A stretch of 64,000 nucleotides of DNA from Nitrospirota bacterium (GTDB taxonomy: Bacteria; Nitrospirota; Leptospirillia; Leptospirillales; Leptospirillaceae), in assembly GCA_021840555.1 (NCBI GenBank), contig JAKBXW010000002.1:17900-81899 (forward strand), given 5' to 3'. Under the pieces are notes generated by a model. The model did no database searches. It saw only the letters and a list, made by a program, of their open reading frames with translations, and was not told where the DNA came from. Numbering within the stretch: the first letter of the stretch is position 1; every line of letters begins with the position of its first letter. Below, piece after piece: positions 17,515 to 26,371 of the stretch. The position numbers and the translations under genes are program-made.

Positions 17515-18381
17515 TCAGACAAGAACCGGAGCGGACGACCAGAACCCGGCCAGGATGAGTCCCCCCAGAACGGCATGGGAGCGGAAAAGGCGAAGAGGCT
17601 CGTCCGGGCTCAAACCCTTCCGCATCCGGAGGGACTGCCATACGACCGTGACGTAAAAAAGACCGACCGCGAGCAGGAGCCATCCGGACTGGGGAAGGGC
17701 GTGGCCGGACTGCCAAAGGAGAAGAGCGGCCAGAGTCGAGAAGAAAAGGAAAACCGCCCAGAGAGAAGGGCCAAAGGTGACGGCCCCTGAACGGATTCCC
17801 GCCTTCCGGTCATCCGGAAGATCGGCGACCGCATAGATGAGATCGTAGGCTGTCGCCCAGAAAAGCCCGGCCAGGGAGATCTCGATTCCCGGGAGCGAGA
17901 AGGATCCCGTGAGCTGAACCCAGGCCATGAGCGGGGCCGTAGCCCCGAAGGGAATCCCCATGAAGAGCTGGGGAAGGGGGAAGAAGCGCTTCATGAGCGG
18001 ATAGACCACCGCGGAGCCATATCCCGCCACGGCCACCCCAATGGCCTTTCCGGAGAAAAAGGGAAGAAGGGAGGCCGACAGGATCGTCAGGAGAACAAAA
18101 ATCCCGAGAGCCCACCTCACGGACAGGCGGCCGTCGGCCAGGGGACGCGATTTTGTCCGGGCCACCTCCCTGTCGAGCTTGCGGTCAAGGATATCGTTCA
18201 CGACGCATCCGGCGGACCGGGTCAGAAAAGCCCCTGCAAGAAAGACGGCGATCCACTTCCAGGGAACATCTCCGGGACGCGCGAGAAGAAGAGCCCATCC
18301 CGCCGGGAGAAAAAGAAGCACCCAGCCGACAGGCCGGTCCAGTCGGATCAGATCGATCGTCGCAGATAATCGCCGGGTCAT
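17515..18381 (-). CDS. ubiA: 4-hydroxybenzoate polyprenyltransferase (UbiA family)
   Basis: 'RLDRPVGWVLLF', 'SAGCVVNDILDRKLDREVARTKSRPLA' (NDxxDxxxD), second Asp-rich 'YDLIYAVADLPDD'. Start at 'MTRRLSAT', 4-nt overlap with the upstream gene. Confidence 0.85.
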   Translation of the reverse strand: MTRRLSATIDLIRLDRPVGWVLLFLPAGWALLLARPGDVPWKWIAVFLAGAFLTRSAGCVVNDILDRKLDREVARTKSRPLADGRLSVRWALGIFVLLTILSASLLPFFSGKAIGVAVAGYGSAVVYPLMKRFFPLPQLFMGIPFGATAPLMAWVQLTGSFSLPGIEISLAGLFWATAYDLIYAVADLPDDRKAGIRSGAVTFGPSLWAVFLFFSTLAALLLWQSGHALPQSGWLLLAVGLFYVTVVWQSLRMRKGLSPDEPLRLFRSHAVLGGLILAGFWSSAPVLV

Positions 18382-18884
18382 CGGCCGGATCCCCCGGCCA
18401 GCCGCAGAAGGGGCTCCAGGAAGAATTCCTCGATCCGAAGCGCCAGACCTTCGCGGGTCCGCATCCGGTAGGAGCGGGCCCAGGTGTCGCCCCTCTCCCG
18501 GGGACCTTCGGGATCGAAGGAACCACTGACCGAGAAAATGGAAAACTCGTCCTTGAACAGGGGGCCGAATCGGGCTTCCATCGATTGTCCGATGGCCATG
18601 CCGCCGCGCATGAGCTCCGCGATCCATGGAGCTTCCTCCGGAGAGGGGTTTGAAAGGAGGCGGGTCCGCGCAAAGACGAGCCGGCCGATCGAGGAGACGC
18701 GCAGATAGACCTTCCGGATCCCCTCCGGAGATTCTGGCAGGAGAACGGGTTCGATCTCGACCCTTTCCCCCGAAAAGAAGGTCAGGGAGCGCGTCAGTGT
18801 TCCGTCCAGCCCCAGGAGCATCCGGAAAGGTCCAGGAAGAAGATCGAATGAGGGGGGAAGAGGGCCCTCGAGTATCGCCTCCAT
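18378..18884 (-). CDS. chorismate pyruvate-lyase-like protein (UbiC/DUF98 family)
   Basis: 'LLGLDGTLTRSL' and C-terminal 'RSYRM...LALRIEEFF' resemble Chor_lyase motifs. Positioned immediately upstream of ubiA. Confidence 0.6.
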   Translation of the reverse strand: MEAILEGPLPPSFDLLPGPFRMLLGLDGTLTRSLTFFSGERVEIEPVLLPESPEGIRKVYLRVSSIGRLVFARTRLLSNPSPEEAPWIAELMRGGMAIGQSMEARFGPLFKDEFSIFSVSGSFDPEGPRERGDTWARSYRMRTREGLALRIEEFFLEPLLRLAGGSGR

Positions 18885-18907
18885 GGATTCCTTTCCTGCT
18901 TTTTCGC

Positions 18908-20479
18908 TCACGAAGCCTGGGCCACGACCGCCCCCTTTGCGGGAACGCCCACGGCTCCGAGGGACTTCTTGATCTCCCGCATCACAACGCGTCCCATCGC
19001 CATGGGCTCGATGTCCCAGGCCAGAAGACAGGCCTTCGCAATGAGTTCTCCCAGGGGACCCGGATTGTAGAGGAGCTTTCGGATCGTCCACGGGTTCAGC
19101 GAGATTGGATCGTAGTCCGGGTCGAGCCATCCCTCCCGCATGAGACGCTTCTCGAAGCTCGTATGGGGCTGGACCGCCAGGAAAAAAACCATGGGATAGA
19201 CATTTTCCGGTCCAAAGATGCCGCAGATGGTCTCGTAGCTTTCGACCGCCTCGGCGAGAGATTCGGGCGTCTCCCCGGGCGCGTTCAGGGAGTAGTTCAG
19301 GATGATCTTCCCCCTGTACCCGGCCGCCTTGAGGTTTCGGCAACCATCCATCAGACCCTCCAGGCGGAATCCCATCTTGAGGGAATCCAGAATCTCCTGG
19401 TTGCCCGATGTGATCGCCACCTCGAGATCTCCCATTCCCGATTCCACCATGAGTTTCGCCATTTCCGGAGAAATGAGACTTGTCCGGATATAGCCGCTCC
19501 AGGTAATGTCGAGGCGGCTGTCCCGGAGAGCCGTGAGAAGGGCGATGGCCTCGGGAACCGCTTTCACTCCTGGGATGAACTGGGCGTCTGCGAACCAGAA
19601 GTTCCGGATTCCCCAGCGGTCGCGGTACTGGCGGATCTCATCGACCACATCCTCCGGATCGCGATAATAGACCCGTTTTCCCTCGATATAGGTATAAAGA
19701 CAGAAGGAGCATCCGTAGGGACAGCCCCTTTTGGTCTGGATTCCGACGGTTTTTCCGTGATACATTTCGTGACCGGGAAAGACCGACTCGAGGTAGGGGA
19801 GGTCGAAGGGGGCCCGCCGAATTTCCACAGCTCCTGCCTTCTTTCCCAGAACGATCTGCGGTCCTTTCCGGTAGATGACCCGCTCGTCGTCGAGCGGACG
19901 TCCTTCGAGCGTCTTGATCAGGGCCGTCTCCCCTTCCCCCACCACCCCGATGACACCTTCCGGGAGCAGCCGGATGATCTGTTCGGCGAAGACCGAAAAG
20001 GCGCCGCCTCCGACCATGACCCTGGCCTTGGGCGCCCGCCTGACTCCCTCCTTGATGAAGCGAAGCTTCTTGTGGAACTCCGAACGGTATTTCCAGACCA
20101 TGCGAATTCCGTCCCAGGCCGCATATGCCCGTGTGAGCAGGTTGGGAGAATAGTAGAACTCGAAGGCCCGCCTGAGAGAGTTGTCTCCCTCGTGGGGAGC
20201 GAAGATCTGGACATCCCGCCAGGAATACGCGAGCAGGTCGGGAGAAAACTCGGCAATTTTTTTAGTCAGGGCCGCCATCTGGTCGGCCTCATCGAACCGG
20301 GTCAGGTCGAGGATCTCGAGTGCGACTTCCGGATGCTCCCGGTGGATCCAGTTCGCAAGGTAACCGATTCCCACCGGAAATATCGGACGGACTGGAAGCC
20401 AGACAAAAAGGACCCTCCGGTACAGGCTGGGCGGAGGATCCCCTGTTCCCGCCACCATGGGCAATTCCATTGTCTCCAT
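18908..20479 (-). CDS. B12-binding-domain radical SAM protein (class B rSAM)
   Basis: N-terminal Rossmann-like cobalamin-binding region, CxxxCxxC 'RGCPYGCSFCLY', downstream rSAM TIM-barrel motifs. Confidence 0.85.
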   Translation of the reverse strand: METMELPMVAGTGDPPPSLYRRVLFVWLPVRPIFPVGIGYLANWIHREHPEVALEILDLTRFDEADQMAALTKKIAEFSPDLLAYSWRDVQIFAPHEGDNSLRRAFEFYYSPNLLTRAYAAWDGIRMVWKYRSEFHKKLRFIKEGVRRAPKARVMVGGGAFSVFAEQIIRLLPEGVIGVVGEGETALIKTLEGRPLDDERVIYRKGPQIVLGKKAGAVEIRRAPFDLPYLESVFPGHEMYHGKTVGIQTKRGCPYGCSFCLYTYIEGKRVYYRDPEDVVDEIRQYRDRWGIRNFWFADAQFIPGVKAVPEAIALLTALRDSRLDITWSGYIRTSLISPEMAKLMVESGMGDLEVAITSGNQEILDSLKMGFRLEGLMDGCRNLKAAGYRGKIILNYSLNAPGETPESLAEAVESYETICGIFGPENVYPMVFFLAVQPHTSFEKRLMREGWLDPDYDPISLNPWTIRKLLYNPGPLGELIAKACLLAWDIEPMAMGRVVMREIKKSLGAVGVPAKGAVVAQAS

Positions 20480-21231
20480 TACTTTTCTCCCATATGAATC
20501 GCCACGATCCCTCCCGACAGGTTCCGGTAGACGACATTGGAAAAACCGGCCTTCCTGATCGTCTCACTGAAATTCTCCTGATCCGGAAATTTGGCGATCG
20601 ACGCGGGGAGGTATTCGTAGATTCCTGTATTGTCCCTGGATATCCATTTGCCTATCTTAGGCAGGATGAAGAAGGAATAGAAGCGGTACAGCCCGTCCCA
20701 GAGGGCATTCACGGGATGGGAAAATTCCAGGCAGGCAAAGCGCCCGCCCGGCTTCAGGACCCTGTAGATTTCCGACAGGGCCACGTCGAGATTGGTCACG
20801 TTCCGGAGTCCGAAGCCCACGGTCAGACGGTCAACCGTACCCGAAGGAAGGGGAATATTTTCCGCATTGGCCTGGACCATGACCGGGCGGGCCCGGCTCT
20901 TTCTTTCCTTGAGGCCGTCGATGACACGGGATCTGGCTTTGGAAAGTCCCACCCGAAGCATGGCCATGTTGAGGTCGACGGTCATCACCAGACCATCCCC
21001 CCCCGCCTTTTCGGCCGCCAGCAGGGACAAATCGGCGGTCCCTCCGCAAAGATCCAGAACAACCTGCCCTTTTTCGACTTTCAGAAGGTCGATCGTCAGG
21101 CGCTTCCAGCGATGGTGCTGGCCCAGGCTCAGGACGGAATTGTTGAGGTCATAGGCCTTGGCTGCCGATGTGAACATGTTCTGGACGACGTCTTGCTTTT
21201 GTTCCTTGGCAGGAAGGGAATACTCCGACAT
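20479..21231 (-). CDS. ubiE: demethylmenaquinone / ubiquinone C-methyltransferase (UbiE/MenG)
   Basis: 'VQNMFTSAAKAYDLNNSVLSLGQHHRWKR', SAM motif 'VLDLCGGTADL', 'FGLRNVTN'. TAATG overlap with the downstream rSAM gene. Confidence 0.85.
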   Translation of the reverse strand: MSEYSLPAKEQKQDVVQNMFTSAAKAYDLNNSVLSLGQHHRWKRLTIDLLKVEKGQVVLDLCGGTADLSLLAAEKAGGDGLVMTVDLNMAMLRVGLSKARSRVIDGLKERKSRARPVMVQANAENIPLPSGTVDRLTVGFGLRNVTNLDVALSEIYRVLKPGGRFACLEFSHPVNALWDGLYRFYSFFILPKIGKWISRDNTGIYEYLPASIAKFPDQENFSETIRKAGFSNVVYRNLSGGIVAIHMGEK

Positions 21232-21409
21232 TCCGGTCCTTTCGGATGATGACGTGGAAGAAGCGTGGCCCGACGCCGCATATGGGAAGGTCGTTCGCCC
21301 CTGATCGGTTTTCCCATTATAACCCAAGATTTCCCCGGATCAATCGGGGATGGGCCTCATGCCGGGCATTCTCCTTGGAAGTCGCCCTGTCCTGTGGCAC
21401 AATCAGTCC

Positions 21410-22945
21410 ATGAGCCTCCACAAGATCGCCCTCATCGACATCGGGTCGAACTCCATGCGCCTCGAAATCGTGGCCATCCGGGGTGGGGATTTCTGGACAG
21501 TCGCCCGATACAAGAGTTCCGCCCGGATCGCTTCGGGAATGTACCCTTCCTTTATCATCACACCGGAGGCCATCGAACGGGCCTGTGCAGCTCTCAGGGA
21601 TTTCCGGAAGAGGATTGCCCTTCACCAGGTCGAAGAACTTCGCTGCGTCGCCACCTCGGCTGTCAGGGACGCCAGGAATCGCGATGAGGTGCTCTCGCGG
21701 CTTTCGGCCTCCCTGGAGGAGCCTGTCGAGATCCTTGACGGAGAGCAGGAAGGGTTGTACAGCTGCCTGGGTGTCCAGAACGGATTCGACAGGGGGGATG
21801 CGCTCGTTTTCGATATCGGCGGAGGGAGCGCCGAACTGATCGACCTTCAAGGACAACGGCCTGGAACGGTCCTGACCCTCCCACTGGGCGCGGTCCGCCT
21901 GAGCGAAATGTTCTTCGAGAACCGGGGACGGCCGTCGCCCGCGGAATGGAAAAGAATGGAGCGCCATATCGCCTCCGTCCTCGAGGAAAGCGGCCTCTTC
22001 ACCCGGCCCTTTCCGGGCCTGGTCGGGGTGGGCGGCACCGCCCGGCAGCTCGCCCGCATCTCCCAGAAGCTGCGCTCCTATCCTTTTCATCCCGACATCC
22101 ACCACTATGAAATACCCTCCCGGGAAGTGGCCCGGATCGCGAAGCGGATCGGCCGCCGCCTGACACCCGAACAGGCACGGACCTTCAATATCGGAGCCGA
22201 CCGGTCCGACATCCTGCCTGCGGGGATGGCGGTGATCTCCGCGATCACCGTCCTCTCCCGCGCGCCTGTCCTGACATTTTCCCACTATGGCCTCCGTCAG
22301 GGACTCTTCATGGAACATTATCAGAAGACGGTTGGCATGGAGGAGGGTCCGGTAAGCCGGGCGACTCTCCGGCGCATTGCGAGGCGCTACGGACGAATCA
22401 GGGATTCGAAACCATTCCGGGACACCCTCCACGAACTCCTTCGCCTTCTCATTCCCTCCGGCCTCCCCTCGGAACGTCTTCTCCTTCTATGCGACATGCT
22501 GGGCACTCTGGCCCTTCTTCCTGTCTTCCACAACCCGTCCCCCAACACGCGTGAGCTCTGGGACCTCCTTCTCCACGGAGATCTGCCGGGCCTCTCCCAG
22601 CGGGACCGGCTTCTCTGCGGACTCATCCTCTGCCAGACGGAAGAACGGCCGGGTCGACAAAAAAAGAAAGGCCATCCCTACCTGCGCCACCTGAACAAGG
22701 AAGACCAGCGTCTTCTCGGCATCCTGACCCCGCTTCTGGCCCTTGCGCGGGACATCCTTCTGGCATCGGGAGGCCGATCCGCCACACTGTCCTACCGGAC
22801 TCCCGTCCTCAGGATCCTTCCCCCCAACCACGAAGAGTCGGACGAATCTCTTTCGCTTGCGATGACCGAAAGCCGGGACCTGGGGCTGGGACATCCCCTT
22901 TCGATCCAGTGGTTTTCGGCTCCGGAAGCCGCCCACGAATCCTGA
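21410..22945 (+). CDS. ppx: exopolyphosphatase / pppGpp phosphohydrolase (Ppx/GppA family)
   Basis: 'IALIDIGSNSMRLEIV', 'ATSAVRDARN', 'VFDIGGGSAEL', 'GVGGTARQLA'. Start at 'MSLHKIALID'. Confidence 0.85.
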   Translation: MSLHKIALIDIGSNSMRLEIVAIRGGDFWTVARYKSSARIASGMYPSFIITPEAIERACAALRDFRKRIALHQVEELRCVATSAVRDARNRDEVLSRLSASLEEPVEILDGEQEGLYSCLGVQNGFDRGDALVFDIGGGSAELIDLQGQRPGTVLTLPLGAVRLSEMFFENRGRPSPAEWKRMERHIASVLEESGLFTRPFPGLVGVGGTARQLARISQKLRSYPFHPDIHHYEIPSREVARIAKRIGRRLTPEQARTFNIGADRSDILPAGMAVISAITVLSRAPVLTFSHYGLRQGLFMEHYQKTVGMEEGPVSRATLRRIARRYGRIRDSKPFRDTLHELLRLLIPSGLPSERLLLLCDMLGTLALLPVFHNPSPNTRELWDLLLHGDLPGLSQRDRLLCGLILCQTEERPGRQKKKGHPYLRHLNKEDQRLLGILTPLLALARDILLASGGRSATLSYRTPVLRILPPNHEESDESLSLAMTESRDLGLGHPLSIQWFSAPEAAHES

Positions 22946-23069
22946 GATCAACCGTCCCGACTCTGCCGGACCCCCGGGCCTTCTGATCTTGCGGAAGAAG
23001 AAATTGGAGCAGACTTGGCGGTTCAGGAAAAAGAACGGATCTTATGTGATTTTCGGGGAAGGAGGCTGC

Positions 23070-23927
23070 TCATGGGGCCCTGTCCCGGACCAGGCGGCTC
23101 CCCAGGAGATAGGCCAGCGACAGGACCAGGATCACGAAGACTCCGGTCAGGGTTTCCTCCATCGGAGAATCGGGAATGAGATTTTTCGCGAAGGTCGTGG
23201 CGAGAACGAAAAATCCGACGAAGAGACTCAAAAGAACCACAGCCCACCCCATCACGCGGGACAGGCGGATGCCCTGACGGTCGGACCGTTCGATCAGTCG
23301 GGCGATCCAGAGCCCGTTGGCTCCGTCTGAGAGCCCCATCCCCAGGACGAAGGCCAGGCCTACGGCCAGCCCTTCCGCTCTCCCTCCCAGAGAGGCAGCG
23401 GCCAGAGAAAAGACAACCGTCTGGGAGAAGGTGTCGAAGGAGACCGCGAAGAGCATTCCCAGAAGAATGAGGAAAACAGGGCTGTCGAGAGGCAGTCCCC
23501 GGAGAAGGAGCCGCGCCCTGAAGCCCACTGGAACGAAAGGAACCGTCGCCCCGGACCGGACCAGAAAGAGCCCGTTGGCTCCGGCCATTCCCAGGAGAAA
23601 GATTCCCGAGAAGAGTCCGCCGACAAGGGCCAGGGAGGGAGGAACCCGCACATGGAGGGTCAAATCGAGAATGCAGGCTCCAAGGGCCATGACGACGACT
23701 CCGTGGCCCACGGAAAAAAAGAGACCGGCCCACCGGACGACCCGCCTTTTCCGGACGGACTGGAACCGGAGAATGGCGTCGATGGCCGTCAGATGATCGG
23801 GATCGAGACCGTGGCGGAACCCCATTCCCAGAGCCAACAGAACGAGGAAAACGCTTCCGGCCGCGCCTCCCGGGGAATGGAGAAGGGGAAAGTTTTCGCC
23901 GGACAAACCATCCGATAGACCTGTCAC
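23070..23927 (-). CDS. nickel/cobalt transporter, NiCoT (HoxN/HupN)-like, short form
   Basis: 'GFRHGLDPDHLTAIDA' matches the NiCoT signature RHAxDADHI. Also 'SVGHGVVV', 'AVSFDTFSQ', 'GMGLSDGANG'. Lies directly downstream of hypE. Confidence 0.7.
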   Translation of the reverse strand: MTGLSDGLSGENFPLLHSPGGAAGSVFLVLLALGMGFRHGLDPDHLTAIDAILRFQSVRKRRVVRWAGLFFSVGHGVVVMALGACILDLTLHVRVPPSLALVGGLFSGIFLLGMAGANGLFLVRSGATVPFVPVGFRARLLLRGLPLDSPVFLILLGMLFAVSFDTFSQTVVFSLAAASLGGRAEGLAVGLAFVLGMGLSDGANGLWIARLIERSDRQGIRLSRVMGWAVVLLSLFVGFFVLATTFAKNLIPDSPMEETLTGVFVILVLSLAYLLGSRLVRDRAP

Positions 23928-23942
23928 TTTCCGCCTTCCTTC

Positions 23943-25004
23943 CTAGCAGATCCGGGGGAGCGGGTCCCCCAGAAGCCAGTCCACCGTCCGGCTTCCCCCC
24001 ATGAGGGTCGTCATCCGGACGGTTCCGTCCGTTCGACCCGGCCTCCCTTTTCCCACCTTTCCGATACGCGAAGCCATCCGACCCGCCGGATGGTTTCGCA
24101 AAGCCGACAGGAGCCGCTCCGAGGCTTCAGGTCGGCAGACCGCCAGGAGCCGGCCCTCGTTGGCCAGATAGAGAGGATCGATTCCCAGAAGCTCGGAGAT
24201 CCCCCGAACCTCGGGACGGACCGGGATCCCGGACTCCGAGATCTCGAGCGACAAACCAGAAATCCGGGCCCATTCGTTCAGGGTGGAGGCCACCCCGCCC
24301 CGGGTCGGATCCCGGAGACAGACGAGACCCGGACCGGAGGCGAGCATCGCCGCAACCAGGCCATGGAGCGGCGCCGAATCAGAGAGAAGCGCGGTGGCGA
24401 GCCGTTCCCCCTCCCGGGCGGCCAGGACGGCAGCCCCGTGATCCCCGACCGGCCCCGAGAGGAGGATCTCGTCATCCGGCCGGATGGCGGAAGGATCGAG
24501 AACGACACCCGCCGGAATCCGGCCGATTCCGGCGGTGTTGATGTAGATTCCGTCCCCCTTGCCGCGCTCCACCACCTTGGTGTCCCCCGCCACCAGCGAC
24601 ACGCCGCACTCCCGGGCCGAAGCCCCCATGCTCCGGACGATCCGGGAAAGGTCCGACAGGGGAAAGCCCTCCTCCAGGACGAATCCTGCCGTCAGGTAGA
24701 GCGGATGGGCACCTCCCATGGCCAGATCGTTGACCGTCCCGTGGACGGCGAGGGATCCGATATCCCCTCCCGGAAAAAAGAGAGGGGATATCACGAAGGA
24801 ATCGGTGCTCATGGCCCACCGCCCTTCCGGCAGATCGAGCTGGGCCTGGTCCCCCGCCTGTCTGAGCCAGGGATTGTCGAAGGCCGGGAGGAAGAGCTCC
24901 TCCACGAGCTGGGCCGAGGCCCGGCCTCCGCTCCCATGGACCATCTCCACGCGCCCTTTTTCGAGGTCGAGCCGGACCCCCAGCGCCCCCCGCCCCCCGG
25001 TCAA
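23943..25004 (-). CDS. hypE: hydrogenase maturation protein HypE
   Basis: 'MVHGSGGRAS', AIR-synthase-like fold, canonical C-terminus '...PRIC'. Start uncertain: TTG at 25004 overlaps the hypD stop (TTGA); the first in-frame ATG is at 24944. Confidence 0.9.
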   Translation of the reverse strand: MTGGRGALGVRLDLEKGRVEMVHGSGGRASAQLVEELFLPAFDNPWLRQAGDQAQLDLPEGRWAMSTDSFVISPLFFPGGDIGSLAVHGTVNDLAMGGAHPLYLTAGFVLEEGFPLSDLSRIVRSMGASARECGVSLVAGDTKVVERGKGDGIYINTAGIGRIPAGVVLDPSAIRPDDEILLSGPVGDHGAAVLAAREGERLATALLSDSAPLHGLVAAMLASGPGLVCLRDPTRGGVASTLNEWARISGLSLEISESGIPVRPEVRGISELLGIDPLYLANEGRLLAVCRPEASERLLSALRNHPAGRMASRIGKVGKGRPGRTDGTVRMTTLMGGSRTVDWLLGDPLPRIC

Positions 25005-26122
25005 GAGACGGCTCCTTCCCGGTCTCCATAGTGAAAGACGGCCGCGCAGGCGCCTTCGGCGCTGACCATGCAGGCTCCCACCGGCGTGTCGGGGGTGCAG
25101 AGGGTCCCGAAAATCCGGCAGTCCCGGGGACCCTTGACTCCCTTCAGGATCTCCCCGCATTCGCAGATTCCCGGGTCGGAAACGCGGCCGATCTCGACCG
25201 AAAACCGCCTTTGGGCGTCGAAAATCCCGAACTCATCCCGGATCGAAAGCCCGCTTCGGGGCAAGGAGCCAAGCCCCCGCCACTCGAAGGAGGGGGCCCG
25301 TTCGAAAACCCTTTCGATCAGCCCGAGCGATCGGGGATTCCCTTCCGGAACCACCGCGCGGGCGTATTCGTTTTCCACCTCCGAGCGCCCCTCCGAAATC
25401 TGGGAGAGGAGCATGCGGAGGGCCAGCAGGATGTCCAGGGGCTCGAAACCGGCCACCACCAGGGGAATCCCGTGTTTTCGGGAGACAAAGTCATAGGCTT
25501 TTGTGCCGATGACCGTGCTGACATGGGAGGGTCCGATGACACCGTCGAGGGCGGTTCCGGAGAGGATGGCCTCCATGGCGGGGGGAGTCAGGACGTGGTT
25601 TGCCAGGACCGAAAAATTCGTGAGATTTCTCCGGCGGGCCTCCAGGATCACGGCGGCGGTGGGGGGGGTCGTCGTCTCGAATCCGATGGCGAAAAAGACG
25701 ATTTCCCGGTCGGGAAGAGCCTCCGCCAAGGACAGGGCTTCCATGGCCGAAACGACGATCCGGACATCCGCTCCCCGGGCGCGGGCCTTCATGAGAGTCA
25801 TGCCGTGGGAACCCGGAACCCGGAGAACGTCCCCATAGGTCGCGAGAACCGCATTCTTGTCGAGGGAGAGTCCGATGGCGGCGTCGATGCGTCCCTTGGG
25901 GAGGACGCAGACCGGGCATCCTGGACCGTGGACCATCCGGATTTCGGGGGGAAGCAGCTCCAGAAGGCCGAACCGGTGAAAGGCGTGGGTGTGGCCCCCG
26001 CAGAACTCCATGATCCGGACCGGTGCCCGGGGCAAGGCTTTCGCCGCGATGGCGAGAGCGGACAAAAGGGATCGTCCAAGGTCCGGATCCCGGAAGGCTT
26101 CAAGATAACGGAGGTCGGACAT
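25001..26122 (-). CDS. hypD: hydrogenase maturation protein HypD
   Basis: 'FRDP', 'IMEFCGGHTHA', 'GPGCPVCV', 'GFETT', 'PCxxC'-type C-terminal Cys motifs 'CECGEILKG..C'. TGATG overlap with hypC. Confidence 0.9.
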   Translation of the reverse strand: MSDLRYLEAFRDPDLGRSLLSALAIAAKALPRAPVRIMEFCGGHTHAFHRFGLLELLPPEIRMVHGPGCPVCVLPKGRIDAAIGLSLDKNAVLATYGDVLRVPGSHGMTLMKARARGADVRIVVSAMEALSLAEALPDREIVFFAIGFETTTPPTAAVILEARRRNLTNFSVLANHVLTPPAMEAILSGTALDGVIGPSHVSTVIGTKAYDFVSRKHGIPLVVAGFEPLDILLALRMLLSQISEGRSEVENEYARAVVPEGNPRSLGLIERVFERAPSFEWRGLGSLPRSGLSIRDEFGIFDAQRRFSVEIGRVSDPGICECGEILKGVKGPRDCRIFGTLCTPDTPVGACMVSAEGACAAVFHYGDREGAVS

Positions 26123-26352
26123 CAGGATCCTTCTTCCGGCCCGGCGGCTTCCTGCATGAGCTCCAGGGTCTTCTGCGCCTCTTCCCGGTCGAGGCGGCCC
26201 AGGGCGAACCCGACGTGGACGATCACATAATCCCCCTTCCGGAGCTCCTCGACCAGAACGGTCGAAATATCCTGGAGGACTCCTCCCAGACGCACCCTGG
26301 CCCGGGAATCCCCAAGAATCTCCTCCACCAGTGCCGGAACGGCGAGACACAT
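26122..26352 (-). CDS. hypC: hydrogenase maturation chaperone HypC
   Basis: N-terminal 'MCLAVPA', 76 aa, 'GDYVIVHVGFA'. Confidence 0.9.
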   Translation of the reverse strand: MCLAVPALVEEILGDSRARVRLGGVLQDISTVLVEELRKGDYVIVHVGFALGRLDREEAQKTLELMQEAAGPEEGS

Positions 26353-26371
26353 CGGTCGTTCTCCTCTTTTC

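Noticed and set aside
17515-18627. N-terminal extensions of track ORFs (ubiA 370 aa, mlaF 51728..53059, Tmk-like B 37125..38135, pyrH, rpsB, hypD, hypA, large and small hydrogenase subunits, and others)
   Set aside because: The extensions overlap the preceding gene in another frame, lack homology-like sequence, and internal starts with RBS reproduce canonical N-termini. Shorter coordinates were used.
21395-21400. TGGCAC (sigma54 -24-like) just upstream of ppx, and a TTGCAT near 36640 upstream of the hydrogenase operon
   Set aside because: Neither has the partner element at the required spacing (no TTGC 5 nt after TGGCAC; no GG 12 nt upstream of the GC). No sigma54 promoter is called.
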